From Thermoplasmatota archaeon (GTDB lineage Archaea; Thermoplasmatota; Penumbrarchaeia; Penumbrarchaeales; EX4484-36): a stretch of DNA of 64,000 nt. Location of the stretch: contig JAOZQA010000002.1 in NCBI GenBank assembly GCA_029932465.1, forward strand, positions 18,992-82,991, given 5' to 3'. Under the pieces are notes generated by a model. It searched no databases. It saw only the letters and a list, made by a program, of their open reading frames with translations, and was not told the DNA's origin. The translations under genes and the position numbers were made by a program. Shown here one piece after another: positions 8,561-18,236 of this stretch; within the stretch, counting starts at the first letter, position 1; the number at the start of each line of letters is the position of its first letter.

Positions 8561-9997
8561 ATGGTGTCAGGCGCCTCCTTCAAGGTCCACCTCCTTTCCT
8601 TAAGAAAATATCTCTTTTTCTACGGCATCAGTATTGTGATATTCATCCTGCCACTCACTTTCTTTCATCCCCCCTCCTACGTCTATCCTCTCTTCACCAT
8701 AATGGCTCTTCTCCCCTTCACCATCCTGCTGGCCCTTGACGTGTTGGCAAGATTACGTCCGGGAGTTCCCAGATCGCTGCCCATTGGCCCACGCTTTCTG
8801 GACCTTACACTCTTCTTTCTTGCAATCTCTCTTTATGGCTCCATACCCTACTTCTCAACCCACGTCCTCTCCCCCGCAGATGCCCTCTTTGAATCCCTCT
8901 CCGCCACGACCACAACCTCCTTTACTCTCCTTGAGAGGGGGAGGACGCCCTCCTTTATTCTTCTCTGGAGGGCTTATCAGTCCTGGCAGGGGGCGCTCTT
9001 TTACCTTCTCTTCATCGTTGAGGTTCTCCGCTATTACTGGGGCCCCGGGGCCGAGACCCCCCAAAGGGAGTTTCCTATAAAATTCCCCTTCATAGCCTAC
9101 CGCAGAGCGCCTGTCTCCTTCTCCCTTCTCTTCTTCATGTCCATAACAGCCTTCCTCTTTATCGCATACCTCCCCTTCATGAGGATAGAGGATGCCCTAT
9201 CTCTCTCCTTTGCTGTATCATCCACAGGGGGTGTGAGCACCTACGGCCACACCCTCCCGGATGTGGAAGGTGTCTACTTCGTGACCTCCATCGGGCTAAT
9301 TCTGGTCTCGCTCAACTTTATAGAGCTTTTGCGGGCGGGGTTCAGAAGGAGTGTAAAGGAGCCTCTTGAGGGCTACTACTACCTTATCTTCTTAGGATTG
9401 TTCTCTCTTCTCTTTGCGGTCCGGTCTCTATTGAGTGGTACTCAAATCACCTACGGACTGTTCGCTCTTCTATCCGCCTCAAGCGGTGCAGGAATCTACC
9501 CACATGGGTGGCCATCTGGTATTGATGATTTCACGCTCTATCTCCTTCTGCTCCTTATGGCAATAGGAGGATGCACCTTCTCAGTCACTTCAGGCCTTAA
9601 GGTGAAAAGAGTAGTCTCCATTCTCAGAGCCATCTACCGAGAGCTTCTCCGAGCTATCCACCCCCGAGCTTACCTGGGTCTGCAGGGGGAGCACTGGAGT
9701 GGGGAGAGGTTCTTCCTTCACTCAACCATATTCATTTTCTTCCTGTATATGGGCGCCACCCTCACCGGAGCGGTCCTTCTCATAATAAGCGGGCTGGGAA
9801 TCAGAAACGGGATCTTTCTTGCCCTAAGCGCCCTGACAAACACGGGCCTTGACCCATTAACTGAAGCTATAGGAATCAATAACTTCACACCGTTTCAGAA
9901 GTTTTGCACAATGGTCCTGATGCTGGTCGGGAGACTGGAGGTTGTAATCCCTGTTTTTCTTTTTAGTCCTTCACTTAGAAGGTTTGCCCGGGGGTGA
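8561..9997 (+). CDS. trkH: Trk-type K+ transporter membrane subunit TrkH/TrkG
   Basis: 478 aa polytopic membrane protein directly downstream of trkA; glycine-containing pore-loop-like segments ('SSTGGVSTYG', 'AIGGCTFSVTSGLKV'). Confidence 0.6.
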   Translation: MVSGASFKVHLLSLRKYLFFYGISIVIFILPLTFFHPPSYVYPLFTIMALLPFTILLALDVLARLRPGVPRSLPIGPRFLDLTLFFLAISLYGSIPYFSTHVLSPADALFESLSATTTTSFTLLERGRTPSFILLWRAYQSWQGALFYLLFIVEVLRYYWGPGAETPQREFPIKFPFIAYRRAPVSFSLLFFMSITAFLFIAYLPFMRIEDALSLSFAVSSTGGVSTYGHTLPDVEGVYFVTSIGLILVSLNFIELLRAGFRRSVKEPLEGYYYLIFLGLFSLLFAVRSLLSGTQITYGLFALLSASSGAGIYPHGWPSGIDDFTLYLLLLLMAIGGCTFSVTSGLKVKRVVSILRAIYRELLRAIHPRAYLGLQGEHWSGERFFLHSTIFIFFLYMGATLTGAVLLIISGLGIRNGIFLALSALTNTGLDPLTEAIGINNFTPFQKFCTMVLMLVGRLEVVIPVFLFSPSLRRFARG

Positions 9998-10912
9998 CCT
10001 TCTTTTCCTGACCACGTATTCCTCAAGCTCCTCGGGGACCGCAGAGTTGCCAAATATCGCCTGGGCCTCCCTTCTCACTTCTTCTATCCCCTCCACCCCT
10101 TTTATACGTGGTGAGAAATGTATCAAAAAGAGCATCCCAACGGAGGCCTCTTTTGCCAGCCTTGCGGCCTGGGCCACGGTCATGTGCCCCCATTCCAGGG
10201 CTTTCTCCTCCATTTCGGAAGGGAACGTTGCCTCAGATATTAAAACGTCCGCGCCCTTTGAGAACTCAACCAGCTCCTCAAAAAAGGCCGTGTCGCCCGT
10301 ATACACAAGCGACCTTCCCGGCCTTGGTCTTTTCAGAAGCTCCTCATCCACCGACTCACCCTTTTCAATTTTTTTAAGCAGCATTTTCGTGTACTCCTCT
10401 GGGTCAACCCCAACCTCGGCAGCCCTCTCCTTCACCCTCTCTCTATTGACAACGTATTCAGGAGTGGGTTCCTCAAGCCTGTATATAAGGCCCTGGAGGC
10501 TATGCCGTGAGGGGATTGTCCTGACCCTCACACCCTTCACATCGAACTCCTCCCCGGGCTCTGCTTCTCCAACAATAAGGCTGTATTCCCTCCTGTAGAA
10601 GGATATCCTCTCCATGTGCTCTATGAGCTCCCTCGTCCCCGTGGGTCCGATGATGTAAAGCTCCTTCCGTCTGTTGTTGAGGGAGAGAGTTTGAAGAAGC
10701 CCCGGGATGCCGAGGATATGATCCCCGTGGAAATGTGAGATGAAGATAGCATCGAGTTTCATATAGGAGAAGTTGGACCTCATGAGTTGCTTCTGCGTGC
10801 CCTCGCCGCAGTCGAGAAGGAACCTCACGCTACCTATCTCCACCGCCACGGAGGAGAGACTTCTATCGGCGGTGGGAAGAGTCCCTCCTATGCCTAGGAA
10901 TATCAATCTCAT
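9971..10912 (-). CDS. rnz: Ribonuclease Z (tRNA 3' endonuclease, metallo-beta-lactamase fold)
   Basis: 313 aa; 'HFHGDHILG' HxHxDH motif; long-form RNase Z layout with the C-terminal His motif region. Confidence 0.85.
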   Translation of the reverse strand: MRLIFLGIGGTLPTADRSLSSVAVEIGSVRFLLDCGEGTQKQLMRSNFSYMKLDAIFISHFHGDHILGIPGLLQTLSLNNRRKELYIIGPTGTRELIEHMERISFYRREYSLIVGEAEPGEEFDVKGVRVRTIPSRHSLQGLIYRLEEPTPEYVVNRERVKERAAEVGVDPEEYTKMLLKKIEKGESVDEELLKRPRPGRSLVYTGDTAFFEELVEFSKGADVLISEATFPSEMEEKALEWGHMTVAQAARLAKEASVGMLFLIHFSPRIKGVEGIEEVRREAQAIFGNSAVPEELEEYVVRKRRSPPGKPSK

Positions 10913-11080
10913 AACGAGCTTTAAGGAGAGCGGCGATTTTATTTTTTTGGCTACTCAAAGCTGTGCAGCTGAACGTCCTACGGCCTCTGCTTATAGGGGG
11001 AGATTAAAAAACCATCTGCACTGCTTTAAGAAAGCTTAATAATCGTTATGCTGTTTATTGAGCTACCCGGAGGTGCTAAA

Positions 11081-11878
11081 ATGGATTGGGGAATGAAGAA
11101 CCGCTTTCACAGGATAATAAGACCGGAGGATGGAAGAACCGTTATGCTGGCTGTTGATCATGGGTACTTCCTGGGACCCACAACGGGCCTTGAGAGGTTC
11201 GCCGAGACCGTAGTGCCACTGCTGCCCTACGCGGACACTCTGATGCTGACAAGGGGAGCCTTAAGGAACTACATACCCCCTGAAAGCGACGTCCCTATAG
11301 TGCTGAGGGTCTCCGGTGGAACGAGCATACTGAACAAGAACCTCCTGCACGAGGGGATCATTACCTCGATAGAGGAGGCCATAAGGCTGAATGTGGTAGG
11401 GGTGGCCTTCTCCATCCTTGTAGGGGCTGAGTTTGAGAGGGATACCATACTCAACTTCACAAAAGTTGTGGACGAGGCGGAGCGCTACGGGATACCCGTG
11501 GTAGCCGTCACCGCAGTGGGGAGGGACATGGTGAAGGACGTGAAGTATCTAAGTCTCGCCACCAGGATGGCGGGAGAGCTGGGTGCCAGAATAGTGAAGA
11601 CCTACTTCTGCGAAGGGTTCGAAAAGGTGGTGGAAACCTCCCCCGTCCCCGTGGTCATAGCGGGGGGAAAGAAGATTCCCGAAAAAGAAGCCCTCACCAT
11701 GACATATAGCGCCATTGAAGCAGGAGCCGCAGGGGTGGATATGGGAAGGAACATATTCCAGTCTGAGAACCCTGTGGCCATGATAAGGGCTGTAAGAGCT
11801 GTCGTTCACGAGGGATACACCGGCGAGGAGGCCTACCAGCTCTTTGAAGAGCTTAAAGCAGGTGGGGGAGAGGAGTGA
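11081..11878 (+). CDS. DhnA-family class I aldolase (archaeal fructose-bisphosphate aldolase or ADH synthase AroA')
   Basis: 'MLAVDHGYFLGPTTGL' and TIM-barrel aldolase signature; cannot separate FBA from ADH synthase by eye. Confidence 0.7.
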   Translation: MDWGMKNRFHRIIRPEDGRTVMLAVDHGYFLGPTTGLERFAETVVPLLPYADTLMLTRGALRNYIPPESDVPIVLRVSGGTSILNKNLLHEGIITSIEEAIRLNVVGVAFSILVGAEFERDTILNFTKVVDEAERYGIPVVAVTAVGRDMVKDVKYLSLATRMAGELGARIVKTYFCEGFEKVVETSPVPVVIAGGKKIPEKEALTMTYSAIEAGAAGVDMGRNIFQSENPVAMIRAVRAVVHEGYTGEEAYQLFEELKAGGGEE

Positions 11879-12906
11879 AGGCCGCCCTTTACTACTCTAA
11901 CAGCGATATTAGAATAGTTGAGATGGACAAGCCCAGGGCAGGTATGGGGGAGATCGTCGTAAAGATGAGGCGGTGCGGCATATGCGGTAGCGACCTTATG
12001 GAATGGTACAGGGTCCGTAGCGCCCCCCGGGTGCTGGGACATGAGATGGTTGGGGAGATAGTTGAGGTGGGAGAAGGGGTTGAGAAGTACTCTTTAGGGG
12101 AGAGGGTTTTTGTCTCCCACCACGTCCCCTGCAACACCTGTCATTGGTGTCTGAAGGGACATCACAGCGTCTGCAACACGCTGCGCAGAACTAATTACCA
12201 CCCTGGGGGCTTCGCTGAATACATAAAGGTCCCCCCCATCAACGTGGAGAGAGGGGTCTTCCTCCTTCCCCCTGAGCTTACATGGGACGAGGGGGTCTTT
12301 ATAGAACCTTTGGGGTGTGTTGTGAGAGGACAGAGGATGGCAGGGGTGGAGACGGGGGATAGTGTTCTTGTAGTGGGCGTAGGGGTCACCGGGATCCTCC
12401 ACCTGAAATACGCGAAGGCCCTTGGGGCCTCAACGCTCCTCGCTGCGGATGTAAACCCCTTCAAGCTTATGATGGCGAAGAGGGCGGGAGCGGATCACAC
12501 CATAGATGCTAAAGGGGATGTAGGGAAAAAGACGAGAGACCTTTTGGGGAGGGGGGCGGACGTTGTTATAGTAACCGCACCGGTTAAGGCTGCTTTCGAC
12601 GATGGCTTCAGAAGCGTCGACAGAGGGGGGAGCGTTCTCCTCTTCGCACCCTTAAGGCCCGAGGAGAGATACGACCTCAACGTCTGGGAGATATGGAGGG
12701 ACGAAGTCAAGGTAGTAACATCCTATGCAGCGAGCCCCAGAGATCTGGAGGTGGCAATCGAAGTGTTAAGGAGCGGAAGGGTGGAAGTGGAGGATATGGT
12801 CACTCACCACTTCCCCCTCTCTGCTGCTTCAGAGGCATTCCGGGTAGCAGCAAGCGGTGAGAGGTCCCTCAAGGTCATCCTGCACCCGGACGATGAAAAG
12901 GTATAA
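11875..12906 (+). CDS. Zinc-dependent alcohol/threonine dehydrogenase family (MDR)
   Basis: 'CGICGSDL', 'GHEMVGEIVEVGEGV', structural-Zn Cys cluster 'CNTCHWCLKGHHSVC', Rossmann 'VVGVGVTG'. Confidence 0.75.
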   Translation: MKAALYYSNSDIRIVEMDKPRAGMGEIVVKMRRCGICGSDLMEWYRVRSAPRVLGHEMVGEIVEVGEGVEKYSLGERVFVSHHVPCNTCHWCLKGHHSVCNTLRRTNYHPGGFAEYIKVPPINVERGVFLLPPELTWDEGVFIEPLGCVVRGQRMAGVETGDSVLVVGVGVTGILHLKYAKALGASTLLAADVNPFKLMMAKRAGADHTIDAKGDVGKKTRDLLGRGADVVIVTAPVKAAFDDGFRSVDRGGSVLLFAPLRPEERYDLNVWEIWRDEVKVVTSYAASPRDLEVAIEVLRSGRVEVEDMVTHHFPLSAASEAFRVAASGERSLKVILHPDDEKV

Positions 12907-12927
12907 ATCCCATTTTCAATTAGGTGC

Positions 12928-14256
12928 GTGGCTCTGTCGGTGGAAATATTCTGGGTTGGTCTCTATCTCACCATGCTTCTACTGTTAGGCCTTCGGAGGC
13001 GACCGGCTCGTAAGAAAAATAAGGACAGCAGGGAAGAATTTTATCTGGCCTCAAAAGACCTCGGACCGCTTGAGACGTCGGCTACCATAGGAGCCACCGT
13101 AGTCGGGGGCTCCGCCACCGTGGTCACTGCTGCCTTGGTGTACTCTTATGGGCCCTATGGCCTTGTAGCCGACCTCGCTGGGGCAGCCGGTCTTTTGGTG
13201 TTGGGCCTCTTTCTCTCCCGGAAAGTGTGGTCGAGTAGGGCCCACTCCCTTCCTAACATGCTTGAGAGAAGCTTCGGAAGGGGGTTAGGGAGAGTCTCCT
13301 CCCTTCTTCTCATAATGACAGAGGTGGGGTGGATTGCTCTCCTCATAAAGGCCACCGAGGGGGTGCTCATCGCTCTTAATTTCTATCCCGAACAGGCACT
13401 TCTTGTGAGCACCATCATTTTTATCCTCTATACATCCATCGGTGGACAGAGGGTGGTGGCATTAACGGACATCTTCCAGATATCGCTGGTCTTTCTCGCC
13501 CTCTCCTTGGCAGCAGGCAGAAGCGTTCTAACGCATCTTCCTTTAAGGGGGACTGCCACCATGCCGCCATCCCTTTTCATAACCCTACTATTCACCATGT
13601 TTCTTTCCCATATTATTGGGCCGGACATCTACTCAAAGATCTTCTCCTCAAGGGACCCGAAGAGCGCATCTATCGGGGCTTTAGGCGGAGGTATTGTCAA
13701 ACTTCTTGTCGCCCTTCTTGTATTCGTTATGGTATCGGGTTCCGCCGCCCATGTGAAGAATGGTGAAGGCGTCCTTCCAGAGCTGGGGGCAGCTCTTCTT
13801 CCCTCGCCACTTATCGGGCTATTTCTGGCGGCCCTCCTAGCGATAATGATGTCGTCGGCGGACTCCTGTCTCATCTCCGCCTCAACTATGCTCGAGTGGG
13901 ACATCCTCCAAAAGGAGCTCCCTCAATGGACCCGAACTTTAATGGTATGCATCCTCGGCATCGCAGGATATTTTATCACCCTCAGCGCCGGCTCTATCAT
14001 ATCTCTTCTTATGCTCTCCTACGGGCTCTTTACCTCCTCCCTTGTCCTCCCGATACTCTTTGGTCTTATCCTCCCCCCGGGCAAGCTAGACCGCAAAATG
14101 GCGCTTGCGTCTGCCCTGGTGGGTTCCTCTTCGTTCATTCTTCTCACCATCCTTAAGGCTTTAGGGAGGCTCTCCACCGAGCCCCTGCTTATCACCCTTC
14201 CTGTGGCTCTCGTCCCCCTCCTTATATCCCTAAGAAAAAATTCGAATCTAAAATAA
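12928..14256 (+). CDS. Sodium:solute symporter family (SSF) transporter
   Basis: 442 aa, ~12 TM helices; N-terminal 'EFYLASKDLGPLETSATIGATVVGGSATV' resembles the SSF signature region. Confidence 0.55.
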   Translation: MALSVEIFWVGLYLTMLLLLGLRRRPARKKNKDSREEFYLASKDLGPLETSATIGATVVGGSATVVTAALVYSYGPYGLVADLAGAAGLLVLGLFLSRKVWSSRAHSLPNMLERSFGRGLGRVSSLLLIMTEVGWIALLIKATEGVLIALNFYPEQALLVSTIIFILYTSIGGQRVVALTDIFQISLVFLALSLAAGRSVLTHLPLRGTATMPPSLFITLLFTMFLSHIIGPDIYSKIFSSRDPKSASIGALGGGIVKLLVALLVFVMVSGSAAHVKNGEGVLPELGAALLPSPLIGLFLAALLAIMMSSADSCLISASTMLEWDILQKELPQWTRTLMVCILGIAGYFITLSAGSIISLLMLSYGLFTSSLVLPILFGLILPPGKLDRKMALASALVGSSSFILLTILKALGRLSTEPLLITLPVALVPLLISLRKNSNLK

Positions 14257-14300
14257 AGTGCGGTCCACAGCAGTGAAAGGACCGTTTTGGGGGAGTAAAG

Positions 14301-14308
14301 TTATAAAT
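14301..14308 (+). promoter_or_regulatory. TATA box (TTATAAAT) of the hydBGDA operon
   Basis: ~43 nt upstream of the hydB ATG, preceded by purine-rich BRE-like 'GTAAAG'. Confidence 0.4.
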
Positions 14309-14350
14309 CATTATGCCATATAACTTCCTCTACTTTATCTTGCATGAACT

Positions 14351-15394
14351 ATGAACGAACCTGTTCCTGTGGCCGAGGGTGATTGCTTGAGCCAGGCATT
14401 TGTTTTAAATCGGAAGGACCTGGGACAGCTTATTGAACGTCTGAAGAGGACCTATGAGAGGGTCTATCTCCCTGTAGGGGATGCTTTTAGGGAGGCCGGG
14501 AGCATTGAAGGAATCTCTTTCACAGGGGCTAGGGCCCTTTTCGGTCCCAAAAAGTACTTCTTCCCTCCCCGGGAGAGTCTCTTCGGATTCACAAAGGACG
14601 GGAATATAGAAGACCTCCTGAAGGAGGAGAAGGGGGCCGTTATAGGGGCAAGGGTGTGTGATCTCAAGGCCTTGGAAGTGCTGGACAAGTACTTCGGAGA
14701 GCTACCGGAACCCTTCTACCTCACCCGGAAGGAGGGGACCTTCGTTGCCGGAGCTACCTGCACCGAGCCGCATCAATCCTGTTTCTGCGTGCAGTTCGGG
14801 GGGCTTTCTACAGAGGGGCTCAAATATGACTTGTGGTTCACGGATTTCGGAGACGTGATACTTATGGAGACGGGGAGCGCGAGAGGGGAGGAAGTGGTCA
14901 AAGATTTAGACCTCCTCAATGCCCCCAAAGAGCTGCTTTACAGGAAAGAGAGGATCATAGAGAGGGTGGAGAGGGAGCAGGGATTCAGAAGGATTAACGA
15001 TAAGAAAATATTTGACTGGTTTTCGGAAGAAGTGACTCACGAGATCTGGGAGAGGCTGGCGGAGGAATGCTACGCCTGCGGGAAGTGCAATATGATCTGT
15101 CCTACGTGTCACTGCTTTGACGTGGTGGATATGACAGACCTTGAAGGAAGCGGGGAGCGGGTCAGAATCTGGGATGCATGCCACCTCTTCAGATATGGCC
15201 TTGTGGCCTCCGGTCACAACTTCCGGGGCGAGAGGCTTGCTAGAGCCCAGTACAGGATCTACGACAAGTTCTACTACCCGTATGAGAGATACGGCATCTT
15301 CGCCTGTGTTGGGTGCGGCAGGTGCTTTGAGGCCTGCAGCGCGGACATAGACCTACGAGATGTCCTTAAGGTAGCAGGGGGTGAGGGATCGTGA
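14351..15394 (+). CDS. hydB: Sulfhydrogenase beta subunit (Fe-S), HydB-like
   Basis: 347 aa; 'CYACGKCNMICPTCHCFD' and 'CVGCGRCFEAC' cluster motifs; first gene of the B-G-D-A order. Confidence 0.7.
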   Translation: MNEPVPVAEGDCLSQAFVLNRKDLGQLIERLKRTYERVYLPVGDAFREAGSIEGISFTGARALFGPKKYFFPPRESLFGFTKDGNIEDLLKEEKGAVIGARVCDLKALEVLDKYFGELPEPFYLTRKEGTFVAGATCTEPHQSCFCVQFGGLSTEGLKYDLWFTDFGDVILMETGSARGEEVVKDLDLLNAPKELLYRKERIIERVEREQGFRRINDKKIFDWFSEEVTHEIWERLAEECYACGKCNMICPTCHCFDVVDMTDLEGSGERVRIWDACHLFRYGLVASGHNFRGERLARAQYRIYDKFYYPYERYGIFACVGCGRCFEACSADIDLRDVLKVAGGEGS

Positions 15395-16230
15395 AAACGG
15401 GGAACATATACATCCCAAAGCCAGCCGTGATAGAGAAGGTTGAAGTGGAGGAGCCAGAGACCTGGACCTTCACCTTAAGCACACCCCTTGAACACACCCC
15501 GGGCCAGTTCGTTGAGATTTCCATTCCCGGCTACGGGGAGGCGCCTATCTCGATAGCCTCTCCCAGCGGCGAGAAGCTGATGCTCACTGTGAGGAGGACG
15601 GGCACCTTGACGGGTGCTCTGCACAGGAAGAAGGTGGGGGAGATGGTGGGCATAAGAGGACCCTTCGGCAGAGGCTGGCCCCATCAGGAGGCCCAGGGAG
15701 AGACCCTTCTTCTTGTAGCTGGAGGAATTGGTCTTGCTCCTGTGAGGCCCATCATTGAGGACGCATATAGGGGGCGCCTGAACTACGAGAGGCTCCTTCT
15801 TCTTTACGGTGCTAGGGAGCCGGCCCTTCTCCTGTACAAGAAAGACCTTGACCGTTGGGCAAAGAAGCTCGAGGTCTTCGTTACAGTGGACAGAAAGAAT
15901 GGGTGCGAGACGGCACCGAAGGTTTGGGACGGTAGGACTGGGGTTGTAACAGAGCTCTTCAAAGAAGTAGACTTCAGTCCTGGCAGAACGTGGGCCCTTG
16001 TCTGCGGCCCTCCCATTATGATGCACTTTGCCACCAAGGGCCTGATATCCAAGGGAGTCCCTCTGAACAGGATACATCTCTCCTTGGAGAGGCATATGAA
16101 GTGCGGCATGGGAATCTGCGGGCACTGCCAGATAGGGGGGAAGTATGTCTGCAAGGACGGACCTGTCTTCTCCGTCCATGAGGCCCTAAGTTGGAGAGAG
16201 ATACCGGACGAGCTGGAGGGGGTGGCCTGA
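15391..16230 (+). CDS. hydG: Sulfhydrogenase gamma subunit (FAD/NAD(P)-binding, 2Fe-2S; anaerobic sulfite reductase B-like), HydG-like
   Basis: 279 aa; FNR-like fold; C-terminal 'CGMGICGHCQIGGKYVCKDGP' [2Fe-2S] motif; ATGA overlap with hydB. Confidence 0.7.
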   Translation: MKTGNIYIPKPAVIEKVEVEEPETWTFTLSTPLEHTPGQFVEISIPGYGEAPISIASPSGEKLMLTVRRTGTLTGALHRKKVGEMVGIRGPFGRGWPHQEAQGETLLLVAGGIGLAPVRPIIEDAYRGRLNYERLLLLYGAREPALLLYKKDLDRWAKKLEVFVTVDRKNGCETAPKVWDGRTGVVTELFKEVDFSPGRTWALVCGPPIMMHFATKGLISKGVPLNRIHLSLERHMKCGMGICGHCQIGGKYVCKDGPVFSVHEALSWREIPDELEGVA

Positions 16231-16955
16231 TGGACATAGGGATATTCTCTTTAAGCGGCTGCAGCGGCTGTCAGATCGAGTTTTTAAACCTGGAGGAGAA
16301 GATACTGGAGGTCTTAAAGCACCTGGACATAAAGGAGGCCCAGATTCTCGTGAGTTTGGAGCACCCTGGAAATTTTGACATCTCCTTTGTGGAGGGCTCC
16401 CCTACAACCGTAGAAGAGATCGAAAAGCTCTACAGGATAAGGGAGAGGTCTAGCAAGGTCGTAGCTATGGGAGCCTGCGCCTGTTACGGGGGTGTTCAGT
16501 CTCTAATAGATGGGCAGAGGTACTCCGACGCCGTGAAAAGGCAGTACGGTGGGGTACTCCCGGTTGTGAGCCTGCCTCCGAAAGGAATAGACAACTATGT
16601 GGATGTTGATGCGAAACTCTACGGCTGTCCCTTTGAAAGGGATGAGCTGCTGAAGCTCATAAGTGACCTTGTCATGGGCAGGGAGTTCAGAGCGGTGGAC
16701 CATAGCGTCTGTACTGAGTGCGTCCTTTTCGAAAACGGCTGTCTCCTGGACATGGGGGAGCCCTGTATGGGTCCTGTGACCCGGGGGGGCTGCAGCGCCC
16801 GTTGCCCCAGCAGAGGCATGTTCTGCACGGGATGCAGAGGCGAGTATGAGGACGAGAATGTGGAGGCGCACATTGAAGACCTTCTGGAGAAGGGATATAG
16901 CATGGTGGAGATCGAAGGCATTTACAACAAATATTACAGGAGGCTGAGAGCTTGA
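16230..16955 (+). CDS. hydD: NiFe hydrogenase small (delta) subunit
   Basis: 'MDIGIFSLSGCSGCQIEF' proximal-cluster motif typical of NiFe small subunits; TGATG overlap with hydG. Confidence 0.75.
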   Translation: MDIGIFSLSGCSGCQIEFLNLEEKILEVLKHLDIKEAQILVSLEHPGNFDISFVEGSPTTVEEIEKLYRIRERSSKVVAMGACACYGGVQSLIDGQRYSDAVKRQYGGVLPVVSLPPKGIDNYVDVDAKLYGCPFERDELLKLISDLVMGREFRAVDHSVCTECVLFENGCLLDMGEPCMGPVTRGGCSARCPSRGMFCTGCRGEYEDENVEAHIEDLLEKGYSMVEIEGIYNKYYRRLRA

Positions 16956-18229
16956 AGGTTGAGGTGCCGCTTATCACAAGGGTGGAGGGGCATGGACACG
17001 TAGAGATCATAGTTGACGGTGAGTCCTTAAAAGAAGTGAGAATGGGAATCCACGAGGGGCCCAGGTTTTTCGAGTCTGTCCTCGTTGGTAGAAGGTGGTG
17101 GGAGATCCCAGAGATGTCCGCGAGAATCTGCGGGATATGCACTGTCATACATGCCCTGGCGGCTGCAAAGGCTGTGGAGAAGGCCGCAGGCTTCTCCCCA
17201 GATGAGACACTGCACAACCTCAGGTTTCTACTTGCGGGGTCTGCCCACATCCAGAGCCACATACTTCACCTCTACTTCCTAGCCCTCCCCGATTACTTCC
17301 GCGTCCCTTCCGCCCTCCATCTTCCGGAGAAGGTGAAGACCCACCTTAAAGAAGTCTTCAGGCTGAAGAGGGTGACCAACGACCTCACAGAGTTGATAGG
17401 GGGGAGGAGGGTCCATCCCGTCACTGTCCAGCCCGGGAGACTCACGCAGGACGTCACCAGTGAGATGCTGAAGAGCTACCTGAAGAGGATGGAGGATATA
17501 ATGGACGGTCTCAGGTTTACTGCGGAGTTTTTCACGGACCTTGAGCACCCCTATCAGAAGGTGCCAGGGCACCAGGTGGCGCTTAAGGAGGCAGGGAGAT
17601 TACCCCTCCTGAAGGGGGAGATAGCATATCTTGAGGGGAAGAGCTTCCCCGAGGAGAGATACATGGATCTTATCGAGGAGAGGGTGCTTCCTCCCAACAC
17701 CACCAAGAGGTCACATTTTCTGGGAGAGCCCTTCATGGTGGGGGCTCTACCCAGGGTGAACATAGGGAGAGATCACCTGAGGGATGAGGTGAAGGATATC
17801 GCCCCGAAGCTACCCTCAGACAACCTCTTCCATAACAACTTGGCACAGGCCCTTGAGTGTTATCACTTCGGGCTGGAGATGGTTGAGGTACTCAAAGATA
17901 TGGTTGAGAATCATAAAGAGTACGTCTCAAGAAGGGTTGAGCTGACCTTCCTGAAGGGGGCGGAGGGGATAGGGGCGGTCGAGGCACCCCGAGGACTCCT
18001 TATCCACCATTACGTTTTCGGCAGGGATGGCAGGGTTGAAAGGGCCAATGTGATCACGCCCACAGCCATGAACTTTGAGCACATGGAGGTCTCCCTGAAC
18101 CACTATCTACCGCCCCTTATGCCCCAGAGCGAGGATGCTCTCAAGTGGGAGAGTGAAAGGCTGATCAGGGCCTACGACCCATGCATCTCCTGCAGTGCCC
18201 ACGTAACCCGCATTGGGGAGTTGGGCTGA
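16952..18229 (+). CDS. hydA: NiFe hydrogenase large (alpha) subunit
   Basis: N-terminal 'RICGICTVIHALAA' (RxCGxC) and C-terminal 'DPCISCSAH' (DPCxxC) Ni-binding motifs; 4-nt overlap with hydD. Confidence 0.85.
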   Translation: MKVEVPLITRVEGHGHVEIIVDGESLKEVRMGIHEGPRFFESVLVGRRWWEIPEMSARICGICTVIHALAAAKAVEKAAGFSPDETLHNLRFLLAGSAHIQSHILHLYFLALPDYFRVPSALHLPEKVKTHLKEVFRLKRVTNDLTELIGGRRVHPVTVQPGRLTQDVTSEMLKSYLKRMEDIMDGLRFTAEFFTDLEHPYQKVPGHQVALKEAGRLPLLKGEIAYLEGKSFPEERYMDLIEERVLPPNTTKRSHFLGEPFMVGALPRVNIGRDHLRDEVKDIAPKLPSDNLFHNNLAQALECYHFGLEMVEVLKDMVENHKEYVSRRVELTFLKGAEGIGAVEAPRGLLIHHYVFGRDGRVERANVITPTAMNFEHMEVSLNHYLPPLMPQSEDALKWESERLIRAYDPCISCSAHVTRIGELG

Positions 18230-18236
18230 ATCCATC